This document shows, piece after piece, positions 61,847-64,000 of a stretch of DNA of 64,000 nucleotides. The notes below the pieces were generated by a model that did not search any database, had not been told where the DNA came from, and saw only the letters and a list, made by a program, of their open reading frames with translations. Location of the stretch: positions 384,001 through 448,000 of the forward strand of contig CAVXEP010000032.1 of NCBI GenBank assembly GCA_963760795.1, given 5' to 3'. The first letter of the stretch is position 1. Every line of letters begins with the position of its first letter. The position numbers were made by a program, and so were the translations under genes. This stretch comes from an uncultured delta proteobacterium. GTDB taxonomy: Bacteria; Desulfobacterota; Binatia; UBA9968.

Positions 61847-62066
61847 TTCGTCGAATTTGCCTGTAGTCATCCCTCGGTTCTCCAGTCGTTTGCCAGGAAG
61901 GTCCCGCCCTTCGTCCGTCGTACTTGCTGCCTGGCCAATTTTGTTCGGTGAATGGGTTGGTGGAAAGTGTACGGCAAGGGGCGCCGAATTTGGCAGACTG
62001 GCACTCGACAAACGCCCTATCTATCAACGCATGACCAAGGAGTGCGCTCAGGTGCTTTGTCAAAAA

Positions 62067-62082
62067 TGGCATCGGAGTTGCT
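62067..62082 (+). promoter_or_regulatory. Sigma-54 (-24/-12) promoter upstream of the tad genes
   Basis: TGGCAT-CGGAG-TTGCT (GG-N10-GC). Confidence 0.55.
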
Positions 62083-62190
62083 CTTTCTCCTCCACAACAA
62101 CGCCAATTGCGGTTCAAAGCCCTTACATTTGACTTAGCATCCGGGTTCGAATGATCCGTGCTGGCGGAGACCCGCAGAGGAGGAGTCCAT

Positions 62191-62669
62191 ATGCTAGGCG
62201 CGTCACATATCCCGACGAGACGGCCAAGCCGTCGTCGAGCTGACTTTCGGTTTTTTGATATTTTTTTCCTTGTTCATGGCGATCGTGGAGTTTTCCCATT
62301 TGCTGTACTCCAAGGTCACATTGCAGCACGCGCTGCGGACCGCCGGCAGGTACATGGTCACCGGTAAGACGGGAACCGACGGCGCCGGTGTTGCTATCCC
62401 TCGCGATCAGATGATTCACGACGTTTTCTGCGCCAACGTTATTGCCGCGGGGGTTCAATGCCCCAATTTAGGAACGAGTAATTTTCAGTTCGTCTGTCTG
62501 GGCGCTAGCTTGCTCCCAACCGGGCGGAGGGTCAAACCAAACCGTTGTGGTTACGGTCAGTCTGACTAAACCCTCTTTGATGCCGTTTTTCTCGCGGTTC
62601 TTCCCGACCGGTGGCGTCCCGTTCCAGCTGAGCACAACTTGGAAAAACGAGCCGTTTCCAACGATATAG
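62191..62669 (+). CDS. TadE family pseudopilin (frameshifted)
   Basis: GQAVVE..F.IFF..MAIVEF..L.HA.R..GR; ends WKNEPF. Confidence 0.7.
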
Positions 62670-62677
62670 GAGGTTTA

Positions 62678-63261
62678 ATGGCACGATCACTAAAATCAGC
62701 GCTCCGTTCACAGAAGGGACAGTCTCTCATTGAGCTGTCACTGATCGCACCACTTATGATATTTCTCGCCTACGGCGCCATCGAAGTAGGCCAGGTTATC
62801 AGCACTCACTTAACGATGACCCATACTTCCCGCGAAGGCGCTAACTTGGTTTCCCGCGGGACCACAGCCAGTGATGCTCTCGATGCCATCGATCGCGGCG
62901 TCGTCGAATACGTTCAAGATCGATCCAATGAAGCCAACTGGAAAATCATTTATTCCAAGGTGACTCAGGATATTACTGTCCCTTGTCCCAATCCGCCGAC
63001 TACTCCCTGTACCTACCGACATTGAGAGTCAACAGACACACTCGCGGGCTGCTGGTCAAAAACAGCAAGCTGAGCGCCACCGGCGCGGTTAACGAGATCG
63101 TTACGATTCCGGGAATCAACGGCGTTATAGCGGGGCAGACCTTCCACGTCATCGAAGTGTTTTATAACTACGCACCGTACATCGTTACTTACGTCGGCAA
63201 GGGAATTAATACTGATTTTTACGATAGGACTATTTTTACCAATGTCAGCGGCTCGGTGTAG
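62678..63261 (+). CDS. TadE family pseudopilin (frameshifted)
   Basis: KGQSLIELSLIAP..GAIEVG..SREGA. Confidence 0.75.
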
Positions 63262-63286
63262 CCTAAAAGCAGAGGGGGAGTGAATT

Positions 63287-64000
63287 ATGCGCAAGCTAAA
63301 CCAAAGAGGCTCATTCCTTGTCTTTCTCACCCTGGGGTTTGCCCTCCTGGGAACATTTATCGGCTTTGCCGTGGACTTTGGCCGCGCCTATCTGGAGAAG
63401 GCGCGTGTCTCCCGTCTGATAGACGGCGCGGCGTTGGCCGCGGCAAAAGTCCTGAAAGGACAAGTCGGATTCGAGAACGACGCTACCCGAGCGGCATGCG
63501 ACTCCATGCTGATGAATGGCGCGCAAGTCACGATGAGCAGCGCAACGACTTGCTCGACCACCAGTGGCGCACCGATCACTGCCACGATATCATTTTTCGA
63601 CGCGGCCGTGGCTGGCGGCCCGGATTTGCGTCATGTTCGCGTCATTGGCAGCGAGCCGGTACCGACGACATTTCTGAGATTTCTCGGCTGGATGGCTCCT
63701 GGTGACTATTCAACTATTAATGTCGTCGCCCAAGCCGAGGCGGGGCCGGAGAGACCGATCGACCTGGTGCTCGTGCTCGATCGCTCCGGTTCGATGTCGG
63801 GCGCGAAGATCGCTGCGCTAAAGACCACAGTCAATGAATTCTTAAGCAACAACTTCACGGGGAATGACCGTATCGGCATGGTCAGCTTCGCTTGGCGCGG
63901 CTGCGGTGATGCTGCCGGCTTGGATGACTGGGCCGCGAACATCTGCCAACCCGATGTGCCGATGGCCGATGCCACCAGTGCTAATATCAATACACTAAAA
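63287..64000 (+). CDS. TadG-like pilus protein with a VWA domain (runs off the window end)
   Basis: QRGSFLV..GFAVDFGR..DGAALAAA; LVLDRSGSM MIDAS motif. Confidence 0.8.
   Translation, partial: MRKLNQRGSFLVFLTLGFALLGTFIGFAVDFGRAYLEKARVSRLIDGAALAAAKVLKGQVGFENDATRAACDSMLMNGAQVTMSSATTCSTTSGAPITATISFFDAAVAGGPDLRHVRVIGSEPVPTTFLRFLGWMAPGDYSTINVVAQAEAGPERPIDLVLVLDRSGSMSGAKIAALKTTVNEFLSNNFTGNDRIGMVSFAWRGCGDAAGLDDWAANICQPDVPMADATSANINTLK

Overview
GC-rich bacterial chromosome segment. It is probably a deltaproteobacterial-type lineage such as Ca. Binatia, inferred only from gene style and the many NMT1/THI5-like substrate-binding proteins. Many single-base frameshifts in essential genes suggest a noisy long-read assembly. 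1-15.1 kb is housekeeping: a CobW GTPase, SDR, O-methyltransferase, RluA-family synthase, pheA-hisC-tyrA-aroA-cmk-rpsA-sppA-ihfB-HIT and an AAA+/VWA pair. 15.4-47.8 kb is the main feature: a lexA-imuA-imuB SOS mutagenesis cluster split by, and followed by, a large integron cassette region. About 16 mostly intact attC-bounded cassettes lie between lexA and imuA, and a more decayed array follows imuB. There is no intact integrase. Instead there are at least four remnants of an integron platform (3' tail of intI, a TTGACA promoter and/or an attI-like TCACT..AATA-GTTNGGC site), all co-oriented with the cassettes. These are mixed with N-terminal fragments of REP-associated (RAYT/Y1) transposases, a GIY-YIG fragment inserted into intI, and a GTTCAA/TTGAAC hairpin element that occurs both empty and carrying a four-helix-bundle gene. 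48-64 kb holds transport, metabolic and hypothetical genes, a TIR-FGE fusion, tag, REP elements and the start of a Tad pilus cluster with a sigma-54-like promoter. No rRNA, tRNA or CRISPR array was seen.
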